In this document: positions 19,202 through 29,029 of the stretch, in pieces
Layout of the letters: each line of letters starts with the position of its first letter
How positions within the stretch are numbered: the stretch's first letter is position 1
From: an uncultured delta proteobacterium
Lineage (GTDB): Bacteria > Desulfobacterota > WTBG01
DNA length: 64,000 nt
Direction: 5' to 3'
Assembly (NCBI GenBank): GCA_963793865.1
Contig: CAWCBP010000008.1
Location: forward strand, 640,001 to 704,000
The notes under the pieces: generated by a model
Database searches by the model: none
What the model was told of the DNA's origin: nothing
The model's input: only the letters and a program-made list of their open reading frames with translations
Position numbers and translations under genes: made by a program

Positions 19202-19825
19202 ATGAAGCCGGAGCAGATAGAAAAAAAGAGCTTTCAGCTGATTGAAGCGCGGGTCTCATCCCACTCCTTCAATCGGCGGCAGTGGTCCGTGGTAAAACGC
19301 ATGATCCACGCCACCGCCGATTTTGACCTGGTTAACACCACGGTATTTCACCCCCGGGCGCTGCAGCTGGGAATGGCGGCCCTGCGCGGCGGGGCGCCGA
19401 TCATCGCTGATACCAACATGGTCAAGGCGGGCATCAGCCTTGCGCGGCTGCGTCCTTACGGGACAAAGCTCTGCTGCGCCATCTCCCGCCTGGCGGTGGC
19501 GAAGCAAGCGCGGCTCACCGGAAAAACCAGGGCGGCGGCTGCCATGCGCGCCTTGGCGCCGCTCATGAAGGGATCGCTTGTGGCCATCGGCAACGCGCCC
19601 ACCGCGCTGCGCGAAGTTCTTGCCATTGCCGGGGATAAAGCGCGCCGCCCCGCTTTGATCATCGGTGTGCCGGTGGGGATGGTGGGTGCGGCGGAGAGCA
19701 AGGAAATGCTCATAGCCAGCGGCCTGCCTTTCATCACCGTGCGGGGCGAAAAAGGAGGAAGTCCCTTGGCGGCCAGCGTGGTCAACGCGCTGGCGCTGCT
19801 GTCGGCGGAAAACGACCATGCATAG
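19202..19825 (+). CDS. cbiC: Precorrin-8X methylmutase (CbiC/CobH)
   Basis: IEKKSF, RMIHATADFD, IGNAPTAL, GAAESKE, KGGS. Confidence 0.95.
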   Translation: MKPEQIEKKSFQLIEARVSSHSFNRRQWSVVKRMIHATADFDLVNTTVFHPRALQLGMAALRGGAPIIADTNMVKAGISLARLRPYGTKLCCAISRLAVAKQARLTGKTRAAAAMRALAPLMKGSLVAIGNAPTALREVLAIAGDKARRPALIIGVPVGMVGAAESKEMLIASGLPFITVRGEKGGSPLAASVVNALALLSAENDHA

Positions 19826-20525
19826 CTGCGGAACATTATACGGAATAGGAGTGGGTCCCGGAGACCCGGAGTTGATCACCCTGAAGGCGAAAGGGGTGCT
19901 CGCACGGATGAAATTCATCTTTGCGCCCGTGGCGGGAAAGGATAGGGGGAGCATCGCCTACAGCATCGCCAGGTCGTATATCCCCAATGATGCCCGGATT
20001 GAGAACCTTTTCTTTCCCATGAACCATGACCGTGCGGAGCGCGAATGGGCCTGGGAGGAGAGCGCGAGGAGCATTGCCCGGGTACTGGAGACGGGTGAGG
20101 ACGCGGCCTTCATTACCCTGGGTGACCCCATGACCTACAGCACCTATGGCTACCTGCTTAAAAAAATGGAGGCGCTCTATCCCCTGATACAAAAGGTTAC
20201 CATACCCGGCGTACCCGCTTATCTGGCGGGGGCAGCCTCCGCCAACCTTCCCCTGGCGCAGGGACATGAGATACTCTCCATTGTTCCCGGGTCCGCGTCC
20301 GGCGAGCGAATCAGGAAATGTCTCGCGTCATCTGATGCGATTGTGTTCCTCAAGCACAACAGCGCAACCGGGACAATCCATGAGCTGCTGCGGGAAATGG
20401 ATCTGCAGGACCGTGCGATGTATATCCGCCGCCTGGGCTTGCCTGATGAGCTGGTCACACCGGATAAGGAACGGGGACTTTCCGGCCGTGAGGACTACCT
20501 CTCGCTGATCATCGTGAAAAAATAA
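19818..20525 (+). CDS. cbiL: Cobalt-precorrin-2 C20-methyltransferase (CbiL/CobI)
   Basis: LYGIGVGPGDPELITLKA, FPM, TLGDPMTYST. Confidence 0.92.
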   Translation: MHSCGTLYGIGVGPGDPELITLKAKGVLARMKFIFAPVAGKDRGSIAYSIARSYIPNDARIENLFFPMNHDRAEREWAWEESARSIARVLETGEDAAFITLGDPMTYSTYGYLLKKMEALYPLIQKVTIPGVPAYLAGAASANLPLAQGHEILSIVPGSASGERIRKCLASSDAIVFLKHNSATGTIHELLREMDLQDRAMYIRRLGLPDELVTPDKERGLSGREDYLSLIIVKK

Positions 20526-20603
20526 TCCATGGCATGCATGTCTCTTTTGGGGGAAGCTGGGAATCCCTCGTTTTAAGGTAGGAGCAAGTTCTTAATCTAA
20601 TTT

Positions 20604-20637
20604 CCCTCTCCCCGGGGAGAGGGTTAGGGTGAGGGGG
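20604..20637. repeat. CCCTCTCCC..GGGAGAGGG palindromic repeat overlapping the cbiD RBS
   Basis: ccctctccccggggagagggttagggtgaggggg. Confidence 0.6.
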
Positions 20638-20639
20638 TA

Positions 20640-21782
20640 ATGGCGCGTGTAAAAAAGAAGCTTCGCAGCGGCTACACCACCGGGACCTGCGCGGCGGCAG
20701 CGGCAAAAGGCGCGGCCATGGCCCTGTTCGGGCAAAGGCCGGGCGTGGTGCGCGTTTCGCTTCCCTTTGGAAAGCAGGCTGACATTGTGCTGCAGGATTG
20801 CCGGAAACAAAAGGGTATTGGCTATGCCACGGTGGTGAAGGATGCGGGAGATGACCCCGATGTTACCAATGGCGCGGTGATTGGCGCCGAACTGTCTTTC
20901 ATCACTGCCAAAAGTAACGTTTCACGGGGCAGCCTGCCGGTCATGCTTCATGGCGGAAAAGGGGTGGGCCTGGTAACCAGGCCGGGCCTTCCGGTAAGGA
21001 AAGGGGGGCCCGCCATCAACCCTGTACCCCGAAGGATGATCAGGCGCGCGGTACGGGAGGCCATCGCGGAGGCGGGGAAATCACCCCGTTCGCTTGCCGC
21101 CGCGGATGTGACCATCTTTGTTCCCGACGGGGAGGCCCTGGCCAAGAAAACTCTTAATCCCCGCCTCGGCATCCTGGGCGGCATTTCCATTCTCGGCACC
21201 ACGGGCATTGTCAAACCATTCTCCCACCAGGCCTACAAGGAAACGGTTGACCTCGCGCTGAACATTGCCCGGGCATCAGGGTGCACGGAAGTCGTGCTGG
21301 CCACGGGGGGACGGAGCGAGCGGCTGGCGATGGCCGGGTTTCCTCATCTGCGAGGGGAATCTTTCATCCAGATGGGCGATTATGTTTCCTTCGCCCTTGC
21401 GCAGGCCCTCGAACACGGTTTCCGGTGCATAACCATAGCGGCATTCATGGGGAAGCTTACCAAGATTGCCGCCGGCGCTGCATGCACCCATGCGGGGAGT
21501 TTCCCGCTGGAGGTCTCTTTTGTGGCAGGGCTGGGAGAGCGGCTGCGGCTCAACACCTCCCTGCTGCGGAACATTGAGCGGTCCGTCACCGTGCGGGGCA
21601 TACTGGAGCTGCTGCTCAGGAAAAAGTCGTATTCCCTGATCGATGCCATCTGCATGAAGGCGATGGAAAAGCTGTATGGAATGACCGGCGGCAAGGGTGC
21701 GCTCTCGGTCCTGCTCTTCTCCTTTGACGGGAAGATGCTCTGGCATGGAGGAAAGGAAGGGAGACGTGAAGGCATCGGCTAA
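20640..21782 (+). CDS. cbiD: Cobalt-precorrin-5B C1-methyltransferase
   Basis: GYTTGTCAAAAA, KDAGDDPDVT, AINPVPR, TLNPRLGI.GGISILGTTGIV. Confidence 0.96.
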   Translation: MARVKKKLRSGYTTGTCAAAAAKGAAMALFGQRPGVVRVSLPFGKQADIVLQDCRKQKGIGYATVVKDAGDDPDVTNGAVIGAELSFITAKSNVSRGSLPVMLHGGKGVGLVTRPGLPVRKGGPAINPVPRRMIRRAVREAIAEAGKSPRSLAAADVTIFVPDGEALAKKTLNPRLGILGGISILGTTGIVKPFSHQAYKETVDLALNIARASGCTEVVLATGGRSERLAMAGFPHLRGESFIQMGDYVSFALAQALEHGFRCITIAAFMGKLTKIAAGAACTHAGSFPLEVSFVAGLGERLRLNTSLLRNIERSVTVRGILELLLRKKSYSLIDAICMKAMEKLYGMTGGKGALSVLLFSFDGKMLWHGGKEGRREGIG

Positions 21783-23022
21783 CACCGTAACAGTGGTCGG
21801 GATGGGCATGTCGCCGGATGATTTGAGCGCAACGGCGCATGCGATCATCAATGAGGCGGATGTGCTCATCGGGGGGAAAAGGCACCTCGCCTGTTTCCGC
21901 AATCTGCCGGCGGAGAAAATCAGCCTGCAAAAAAACCTGCAGGGGATCGCCCCGGTCATAAAAAAGCTGCTCGGGAAGAAACGCAGGATCGTTGTGATTG
22001 CATCCGGCGATCCCGGCTATTTTGGAATAGCGCGCACGCTCATCAGGCAACTTGGCAAGGAACGGGTTGAAATCATACCTAACATAACCGCCTTTCAGGC
22101 AGCGTTTGCTGCCATAAAAGAGAGCTGGGACGACGCGCTGCTCCTGAGCGTGCACGGACGCCCGATTCCCCGACTCGCATTCCTTTTACAGGGACACGAG
22201 AAAATCGGGATTCTGACTGACAGCCGCAACAGCCCCGGGGCCATTGCGGCGCAGGCACTTGCGGAGGATCCCCTGCTTGCGTCTGTCCCGGTTTTTGTCG
22301 CGGAGCGGCTCGGTTCGCGCGATGAGAAGATAAGCCGCTGCCGCCTGAAGGAGCTGCCCGGTATCGGATTTTCTTCCCCGAACGTGATGATCATCATGCC
22401 CCCCGCCCGGCGGCGCAAAGGGGATTCAACCCATCCCGGTGCTCCGGGCATACCTGATAAATTGTTTAAACACCGGCGGGGACTCATCACCAAGGATGAG
22501 GTGCGCGTATTTACCCTGGCAAAGCTCAACCTTCCACGCCGTGGAACAGTCTGGGACATCGGATCAGGATCCGGTTCCGTTGCCATTGAGTCGGCACTTG
22601 GTTCCCCGGAGCTGACCATATATGCGGTTGAAAAAAATACCCGGTGCATCAGGGATATAAAGTTGAACATACAGCGCTTCGGAGTCGGCGCAGCGGTCAG
22701 GCTGATCCGGGGGGAAGCACCCCGGGCGCTGAAAGGGCTTCCCCCGCCGCAGCGCATATTTATCGGCGGAACCGGGGGTGAATTGCTGCCGGTCCTTCGG
22801 GCCTGCTGCCGGGCACTGCTTCCTTCAGGTAGAATTGTGATAAACGCCGCGACCCTGGAGACGGTGGACAAAGCCATGGCATTCTTCCGCAAGCGCGGAT
22901 GGCCGGTGGATGTTACCCTTCTCAATCTTTCCCGGATGAAGCGCGTGGGAAGCCACAACCGGTTTGAAGCCCTGAATCCGGTGTTTGTCATCGCGGCGGA
23001 CAAGCCGGGAGATGGGAAGTGA
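21766..23022 (+). CDS. cbiET: Bifunctional CbiE/CbiT (precorrin-6Y C5,15-methyltransferase, decarboxylating)
   Basis: ASGDPGYFGI, SVHGR, ITKDEVR, WDIGSGSGSVAIE, FIGG; GTG start at 21766. Confidence 0.93.
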   Translation: MKASANTVTVVGMGMSPDDLSATAHAIINEADVLIGGKRHLACFRNLPAEKISLQKNLQGIAPVIKKLLGKKRRIVVIASGDPGYFGIARTLIRQLGKERVEIIPNITAFQAAFAAIKESWDDALLLSVHGRPIPRLAFLLQGHEKIGILTDSRNSPGAIAAQALAEDPLLASVPVFVAERLGSRDEKISRCRLKELPGIGFSSPNVMIIMPPARRRKGDSTHPGAPGIPDKLFKHRRGLITKDEVRVFTLAKLNLPRRGTVWDIGSGSGSVAIESALGSPELTIYAVEKNTRCIRDIKLNIQRFGVGAAVRLIRGEAPRALKGLPPPQRIFIGGTGGELLPVLRACCRALLPSGRIVINAATLETVDKAMAFFRKRGWPVDVTLLNLSRMKRVGSHNRFEALNPVFVIAADKPGDGK

Positions 23023-23112
23023 AAAGCGAGATAATTGGGGCGTATTGCAAGACGCCCCCGTTACCAATGGGATTCGTTCTTTTTTTTATTAATGAGAGGG
23101 TGATCATCATTT

Positions 23113-23140
23113 GTAGGGGCGACCGGCCGGTCGCCCCTAC
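23113..23140. repeat. GTAG-family REP palindrome
   Basis: Identical to the 7779 copy. Confidence 0.9.
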
Positions 23141-23182
23141 AGGCAATGTGATCCTCCATTTAACCACAAGAGGTCCGGTAAG

Positions 23183-23220
23183 AAAAAATCCCTCAGCAGG
23201 TGACCGGCTGAGGGATTTTG
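23183..23220. terminator. Bidirectional terminator between convergent genes
   Basis: AAAAATCCCTCAGC..GCTGAGGGATTTT. Confidence 0.7.
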
Positions 23221-23239
23221 TGCAAACCAGGTTATCAGG

Positions 23240-24589
23240 CTATTTCTCTTCTTTTAATGTCTTTGAGAGCAGTTCCGACGGGAAGGCGAACAGCCTGGGC
23301 AGCAGCGCCTGAACGATGTCCGGCCGCGCTGCCATGAGCTGGGGGATGATTCCCTGCAGCCGCCCGCCGAGCAGTTTCACCGCGGTGTATGGATTGAAGG
23401 TGGGCGGGAAGGATTCCTTGAGCAGTCCGAAGATGTGATCGATCATATCCTTTCCCGGGAACATGTAGGCAATGCCGAAGACCTGCAGGTAGGCCTGGTA
23501 GTCGTACTGCTTGATGTAGGTGTTGAGCCACCAGTCGCAATATTCGCCAATCGCCCGCGGCGCGATGCCCAGCTGGAATTCCTTCAGCGACGCCGCAATC
23601 GCCAGCCCGGCCTTCCAGCCGGTAATCATGGCCCCAAGACATTCCAGCTCCTGGCAGGACCCCGCGTCGCCGGTTATGAGGACGTTGTTTTTAAAGGGGT
23701 TGATCACCGGTGAGGAGATGTATTCCATGGCGGCAAATTCACGCACCCGCTTCGCGTTCTTGAAGCATCCGGCAAACTGCGAATCCTTCATCAGCCGCTC
23801 AGCCGCGGCGCCGATATCGAGATCCCCCTCAAAGGTCAGAAAAAGCGCGTTCCACGCCGTTCCCTCAGGTCTCGGCAGGCAGAATATGTAAACCGGCTTG
23901 TCGTCTACAAAGCCCACCCCGGTCAAAATCCTTTCCTTTCCATCAGGGCTCTTAAACCCGTCGACGTAGAATGATTTCACGTAGAGGTTGGCGATGTGTC
24001 TGCGGTCATGATTGTACCCCAGCTTCTGCACCACCCTGGAGTTGGTGCCGTCGGCCGCTATCACGAATGAACTGCGGAATTGCTTTCCCCCCGCGACGGT
24101 TATCACCTCGGGACCGGCCCAGGTGATGTCGGTGCACTCGGTGTTGGGAAACACCTCAACATTGTGTTTCTTCGCTTCGCTGAGCAGGTCCTGAACCATG
24201 GTTTCCTTGTCGTAGACAAGGGCAATGGGCGCCTTGACCATCCCCGGGAACGGCGGCGCGTAATTTTCGGGGTAGCCGAAATGAACGGTGTTCCCGGCCG
24301 GTGAAACCAGGTTCCAGTCATAGAGCTCCTTGATGGCGCCGCTGTAGGGAAAGCTTAATCCTATGTTCGGAAAGCAGAACCGCCTGTCTCGCCGGTTATA
24401 GTGAAACAGGTTGCCGAAAAAGTATTCGTTGGGGGGAAGCAGAGACTGACCGCAGGTTCTCCCGATTGACTCAATCCGATCCCGCCGTTCCACAACGGCT
24501 ACATCAAACCCGTTCTCGGCAACCGCCCGGGCGGCCAGCAGTCCGGCAGGTCCCGCGCCGACCACAACCACATCATATCTCTCTTTCAT
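23240..24589 (-). CDS. FAD-dependent oxidoreductase, geranylgeranyl reductase-like
   Basis: DVVVVGAGPAG, IAADGTNS, ITGDAG. Confidence 0.8.
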   Translation of the reverse strand: MKERYDVVVVGAGPAGLLAARAVAENGFDVAVVERRDRIESIGRTCGQSLLPPNEYFFGNLFHYNRRDRRFCFPNIGLSFPYSGAIKELYDWNLVSPAGNTVHFGYPENYAPPFPGMVKAPIALVYDKETMVQDLLSEAKKHNVEVFPNTECTDITWAGPEVITVAGGKQFRSSFVIAADGTNSRVVQKLGYNHDRRHIANLYVKSFYVDGFKSPDGKERILTGVGFVDDKPVYIFCLPRPEGTAWNALFLTFEGDLDIGAAAERLMKDSQFAGCFKNAKRVREFAAMEYISSPVINPFKNNVLITGDAGSCQELECLGAMITGWKAGLAIAASLKEFQLGIAPRAIGEYCDWWLNTYIKQYDYQAYLQVFGIAYMFPGKDMIDHIFGLLKESFPPTFNPYTAVKLLGGRLQGIIPQLMAARPDIVQALLPRLFAFPSELLSKTLKEEK

Positions 24590-24746
24590 GGGTCATGCTC
24601 CTTACTGTAAATGGTTTCTTGAAGGGGATATTGAAAAGGCTGAGAAACAGAGGGATGAAAACCCGCGGTGATGATTATAATGCCGCAGGACCTCGTCCGG
24701 GGCAGAGTATAGAAAATTGGCGGATGCTTGTCAAACAAAAGTGCGC

Positions 24747-24935
24747 TTAGAAGGTGAGGATGAGCGCGAGAATGGAGAGAATGATGAGCACGCCGGTCAG
24801 CTTTTCTTCCCTGCTCCGGAGATGTGAACCGGTATAATCCGGACCTGCCGGGACGGCTGAGTGCCGGCTGAGCGGGTTCAGGATAAGCCTGAGCGTATTG
24901 CTATCCGGGAATAATTTTGAACGGTTGGCGAACAT
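24747..24935 (-). CDS. 62-aa protein with a single C-terminal TM helix
   Basis: RBS AAGGAG, upstream sigma54 motif, hydrophobic C-terminus. Confidence 0.5.
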   Translation of the reverse strand: MFANRSKLFPDSNTLRLILNPLSRHSAVPAGPDYTGSHLRSREEKLTGVLIILSILALILTF

Positions 24936-24971
24936 GCATAGCTCCTTTTTCAGGTACTCGCAATCTTAATT

Positions 24972-24987
24972 AGCAATAACCGGGCCA
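24972..24987 (-). promoter_or_regulatory. sigma54 (-24/-12) promoter
   Basis: Minus strand reads TGGCCCG-GTTA-TTGCT, against consensus TGGCACG-N4-TTGCW. Confidence 0.65.
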
Positions 24988-25243
24988 TGGTAAAGGCTGT
25001 TGCCCGTGCTGAAAGAAATCAAATAAATTTAATGAGATATGCCTCAACAGCCGAACAATAACCGGAAGGGAAGAACGGGCGATTGACATTTAACGCAATC
25101 TGCAGTGACAAAATTTGCTATCGGGACGGAGGTGTGTTGAGGGAAGAACGGGCAGACACTACTTCTCTCTTTACATCATGGTGAGATTAAATTATTCTTG
25201 AAATATTCTTGCGCACGTAACACTGATACAGGAGGAGGCGAAC

Positions 25244-26248
25244 ATGCCGCGGGGTGATCAGCTTGCCAGACAGTGGGGTGTTTTAAACCTGGTGGAGGCC
25301 CACCATTACGGGATCACTATCGAGTCGCTGGCGGAGGAGACAGGCTGCCACGCGAGAACGGTGCGGAGGGACCTTGCCGCCCTGGAGCGGTCGGGATTTC
25401 CGCTCTATTCGGAAGATCTTGACGGCGAGGTGCGCTGGAAGCTGCTCGATGCGTTCAAGAACGCGCCCCACGTCCCGTTTACCATTACTGAGATCCTGTC
25501 CCTGTACTTCAGCCGCGATCTGCTGAAGGTGCTCAAAGGGACGCCTTTTTACGAATCCATCGAAGCCGTCCTGGATAAAATCAGGAAAACCGTGGCACCC
25601 AAAGCCCTGGAGCACCTGGAGAAGCTCGAGCACTCCCTGTACGCGGCCCAGCGGAAGCAGAAGGACTATGGCCGGTACAAGGGGCTGCTGGACCGGCTGA
25701 TGGCTGCAACCGCGGACGGCAAAACGGTGGAGATCACCTATCACACCATGCATTCGGATAAGATCACCGTCAGGAAGATCGACCCCTACAAAATCTGGTA
25801 CTATGAGAACACCTTTTTTCTCATCGGCAGGTGCCACCGCCACAACGAGGTGAGGATGTTCGTGGTGGAGCGCATTAAGGCGATGAAGGTGCTCAGCGAG
25901 GGATTCAGCGTGCCCCCGGACTTTTCCATCGAGAAATACGTGCGGGAAAGCTTCGGCGTCATGCACGGCGACAAGGTGACCGTCGTTGTCCGGTTTGACA
26001 GGGAGGTGGCGGGCTATATCAGGGAGAAGGTGTGGCATCCCAGCCAGAAGATCAGGGACAACCGGGACGGTAGCATTACCGTCACCCTGACCGTTTCCGG
26101 CACCGCCGAGGTAAAGCACTGGGCAATGAGCTACGGGCAGCATGCAACAATCCGGGAGCCCGCATCCTTAAGGAATGAAATCAAAAAAGACCTTTCCCTT
26201 GCACTCAAAAATTACCAGCCTGAACGGATTAAGAAGCCGCGGAGGTGA
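25244..26248 (+). CDS. HTH-WYL-WCX transcriptional regulator (YafY/PafB-like)
   Basis: RTVRRDL HTH; Y....R.IDPY.I....FFLIG.C...RMF..ERI; WHPSQ. Confidence 0.92.
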   Translation: MPRGDQLARQWGVLNLVEAHHYGITIESLAEETGCHARTVRRDLAALERSGFPLYSEDLDGEVRWKLLDAFKNAPHVPFTITEILSLYFSRDLLKVLKGTPFYESIEAVLDKIRKTVAPKALEHLEKLEHSLYAAQRKQKDYGRYKGLLDRLMAATADGKTVEITYHTMHSDKITVRKIDPYKIWYYENTFFLIGRCHRHNEVRMFVVERIKAMKVLSEGFSVPPDFSIEKYVRESFGVMHGDKVTVVVRFDREVAGYIREKVWHPSQKIRDNRDGSITVTLTVSGTAEVKHWAMSYGQHATIREPASLRNEIKKDLSLALKNYQPERIKKPRR

Positions 26249-26257
26249 ACGACCCCT

Positions 26258-29005
26258 ATGCGCTCAGTAACCTGCCCGTGGGCGAGAACGGTGAGCGAGG
26301 TGCTCCAGGAAGCGAACCTGAGTCTTAATGGCTTAACGGAACCCCAGGCGGAGCGCTCTCTGGCAGAGTCCGGGCCGAATGCCCTCACCGTGAGAGACCA
26401 TGAGCCGTGGTACATGCTTTTTCTCCACCAGTTTGCCAATCCCCTGGTATACATGCTCATCGGTGCGGCGGGCGTCAAGGCCTATTTCAAGGGGCCTGTG
26501 GATGCAGCCGTCATAAGCGCTGTGCTGCTGTTCATGGCAGTCATAGGCTTTGTGCAGGAGATGAAGGCGCGAAAGGCCATGGCAGCGCTCCTTACCCTCA
26601 GCGCACCCAAGGCCAAGATTCGCCGCGAGGGCAGGACGAGTCTCATAGATGCAGCACAGGTGGTGCCGGGGGACATACTGGTGCTTGAGGCCGGGGACCG
26701 GGTCGCTGCTGACGCACGCTTGCTGGAACTCGCCAATCTCAAGATAAACGAATCCACCTTCAGCGGCGAGTCGCTGCCGGTTGATAAAGATGTCCATGCC
26801 GTCGCAGCTGATGCGCCGCTCCACGACCGTAAAAATATGGTCTTCACAGGCACCACGGTGAGCCATGGGCGCGCCCTGGCTGTTGTCACGGCAACCGGCA
26901 TGAGGACTGAAATCGGCCGCATCGCCACCGCCATGAGCGGTGTGAAGAAGGAAAAAACACCTCTTGAAAAAAGCATCGAGCAACTGGGCCGCTCGCTGAT
27001 ATGGATTGTGACCGGTGCCTGTATTATACTGTCAGTCGCAGCCCTCTTGCACAGCATGGACTGGGTGGATGTGATGCTGCTGGCAGTGGCAGCGGCAGTG
27101 TCGGGGATTCCCGAGGGCCTTCCCGCTGCGGTTACCGTTGTCCTGGCCATCTGCGTCAACCGCATGGCTATGCGCAATGTTCTCATCCGCAAGCTTGCGG
27201 CAGTGGAGACGTTAGGTGCCACAACCATTATCTGCTCCGACAAGACCGGCACCTTAACGCTCAACCAGATGACCGTGCGCAACGTCTGGGCCGGGAAGCG
27301 GCTGTTGGAGGTTACCGGTGCCGGCTATGAACCAGCGGGCGAATTCAGGCATAACGGTATCCCTGTTAATGCCGGTGATGATGATATCCTGATGCGCCTT
27401 CTGCGCGTTGCTGCGCTTTGCAACGATGCCCTTCTATCCGACACCTCGGCGGGATGGGGCATAATCGGTGATCCCACCGAAGGTGCATTGCTTACCCTGG
27501 CTGCCAAGGCAGGTCTGTGCAAGGGTGAGCTCGATGAACAGCAGCCGCGTCTGGGCGAGGTACCCTTTGAAAGCGCAAAACAGTACATGGCAACGCTTCA
27601 TGCAGAAAAAGGCCGGCGTACGGCGTACCTCAAAGGGTCCCTCGAAAAGCTTCTCCCCATGTGCGGCAGCTTTCAGGCCCCCCAGGGAGAAATCCCCCTT
27701 GATGCTGCGGCCCGACAGGCTGTCATAGAAGCGGGCAATTCGATGGCACGTGAGGCGTTACGGGTTCTCGCCTTTGCGGCTGCGCCGTATCCTCTTGAAC
27801 TGGGCAATCTCGATCCGGGCAAGCTGGCTGGTGGTTTTGTATTGTTGGGCCTGGTGGGCATGATTGATCCGCCCCGTGACGAGGCCCGGCGTTCCATCCA
27901 GGCCTGCAAGCGTGCCGGCATACGTGTCGCCATGATTACCGGTGACAACCCCGTCACCGCATCGGCTATCGGTGCCCAGCTCGGCATATGCCGGCCTGGG
28001 GAAACCGCTCTGGTGGGCCGGGAGATTGACGCCATGGATGATGAACAGCTGCATCTGAGCTGCCGCAGCCGTAATGTCTATGCCCGCATCGAACCGCTGC
28101 ACAAGCTTCGCATCGTCAACGTATTCAAGCGGGACGGCCACATCACCGCCATGACCGGCGACGGGGTGAATGACGCACCTGCTCTTGAAGCCGCCAGCAT
28201 CGGTGTGGCCATGGGCATCACCGGAACCGACGTTGCGAAGGAAGCCGCGGACATGGTATTGGCGGATGATAATTTTGCTTCCATAGTCGGGGCGGTCGAA
28301 GAGGGGCGGATCATATTCAACCGCCTGCGCAATGCGACCTTTTTCCTGCTCATGACCTGCTGTGCGGAACTGATGACCCTGTTTTTAAGTGTTGCGTTTT
28401 ACGGAGAATCGCCCCTCGAGCCCATCCAGATACTCTGGATCAACCTGGTAACGGGGGCTATGGTGGCCATTCCGCTGGGTATGGAGCCCGGAAGCGGCGA
28501 TGAGCTCAGTGAGCCGCCGCGGGATGCTCGCGTGGGGCTGCTCTACCCGGGAATGCTGCTGCGCATCGGTCTCATTGGACTCTGCATGAGCCTGCCTATA
28601 ACCTGGATATTCCACCACGCACCGCTTCCCGCCGGGTTGGACGATGTTGGTGTGCACGAGGTGCGACAAACCGTGGCCTTCACAGCCATCGTGGTATTTG
28701 AATGGTTCTTTGCCTTCCACGCGCGATCAGCAGACAAAGGGATCCTTGCGATCGGGCTCTTTCGCAACCCGTGGCTGATACGCTCCATGCTGACAGGCCT
28801 TGCCCTGCAGATGGCGGTTGTGTACCTGCCTGCGGCCAACCGCATATTTCATACCCGTCCGCTGACCGGGGTGGAATTGCTCTGGACCCTCCTCCCGGCG
28901 GTCACGGTCGTGGTGCTGGAAAGCTTGCGCAAGCGAGTCGTGCCGCAGCTCTTCAGCTCAGGCCAGTGGAGATTTTCGGGGCGGCTCAGTGATGGGCGGA
29001 CATGA
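26258..29005 (+). CDS. P-type cation-transporting ATPase, type IIA-like
   Basis: SGES, IPEGLP, DKTGTLT, GDPTE, TGDN, TGDGVNDAPAL. Confidence 0.95.
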   Translation: MRSVTCPWARTVSEVLQEANLSLNGLTEPQAERSLAESGPNALTVRDHEPWYMLFLHQFANPLVYMLIGAAGVKAYFKGPVDAAVISAVLLFMAVIGFVQEMKARKAMAALLTLSAPKAKIRREGRTSLIDAAQVVPGDILVLEAGDRVAADARLLELANLKINESTFSGESLPVDKDVHAVAADAPLHDRKNMVFTGTTVSHGRALAVVTATGMRTEIGRIATAMSGVKKEKTPLEKSIEQLGRSLIWIVTGACIILSVAALLHSMDWVDVMLLAVAAAVSGIPEGLPAAVTVVLAICVNRMAMRNVLIRKLAAVETLGATTIICSDKTGTLTLNQMTVRNVWAGKRLLEVTGAGYEPAGEFRHNGIPVNAGDDDILMRLLRVAALCNDALLSDTSAGWGIIGDPTEGALLTLAAKAGLCKGELDEQQPRLGEVPFESAKQYMATLHAEKGRRTAYLKGSLEKLLPMCGSFQAPQGEIPLDAAARQAVIEAGNSMAREALRVLAFAAAPYPLELGNLDPGKLAGGFVLLGLVGMIDPPRDEARRSIQACKRAGIRVAMITGDNPVTASAIGAQLGICRPGETALVGREIDAMDDEQLHLSCRSRNVYARIEPLHKLRIVNVFKRDGHITAMTGDGVNDAPALEAASIGVAMGITGTDVAKEAADMVLADDNFASIVGAVEEGRIIFNRLRNATFFLLMTCCAELMTLFLSVAFYGESPLEPIQILWINLVTGAMVAIPLGMEPGSGDELSEPPRDARVGLLYPGMLLRIGLIGLCMSLPITWIFHHAPLPAGLDDVGVHEVRQTVAFTAIVVFEWFFAFHARSADKGILAIGLFRNPWLIRSMLTGLALQMAVVYLPAANRIFHTRPLTGVELLWTLLPAVTVVVLESLRKRVVPQLFSSGQWRFSGRLSDGRT

Positions 29006-29029
29006 GACGCAAGAGCGTGCCGGCATCGG

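Noticed and set aside
25244..26248. WYL gene as the marker of a defence island
   Set aside because: No nuclease, helicase, restriction-modification or abortive-infection genes are adjacent.
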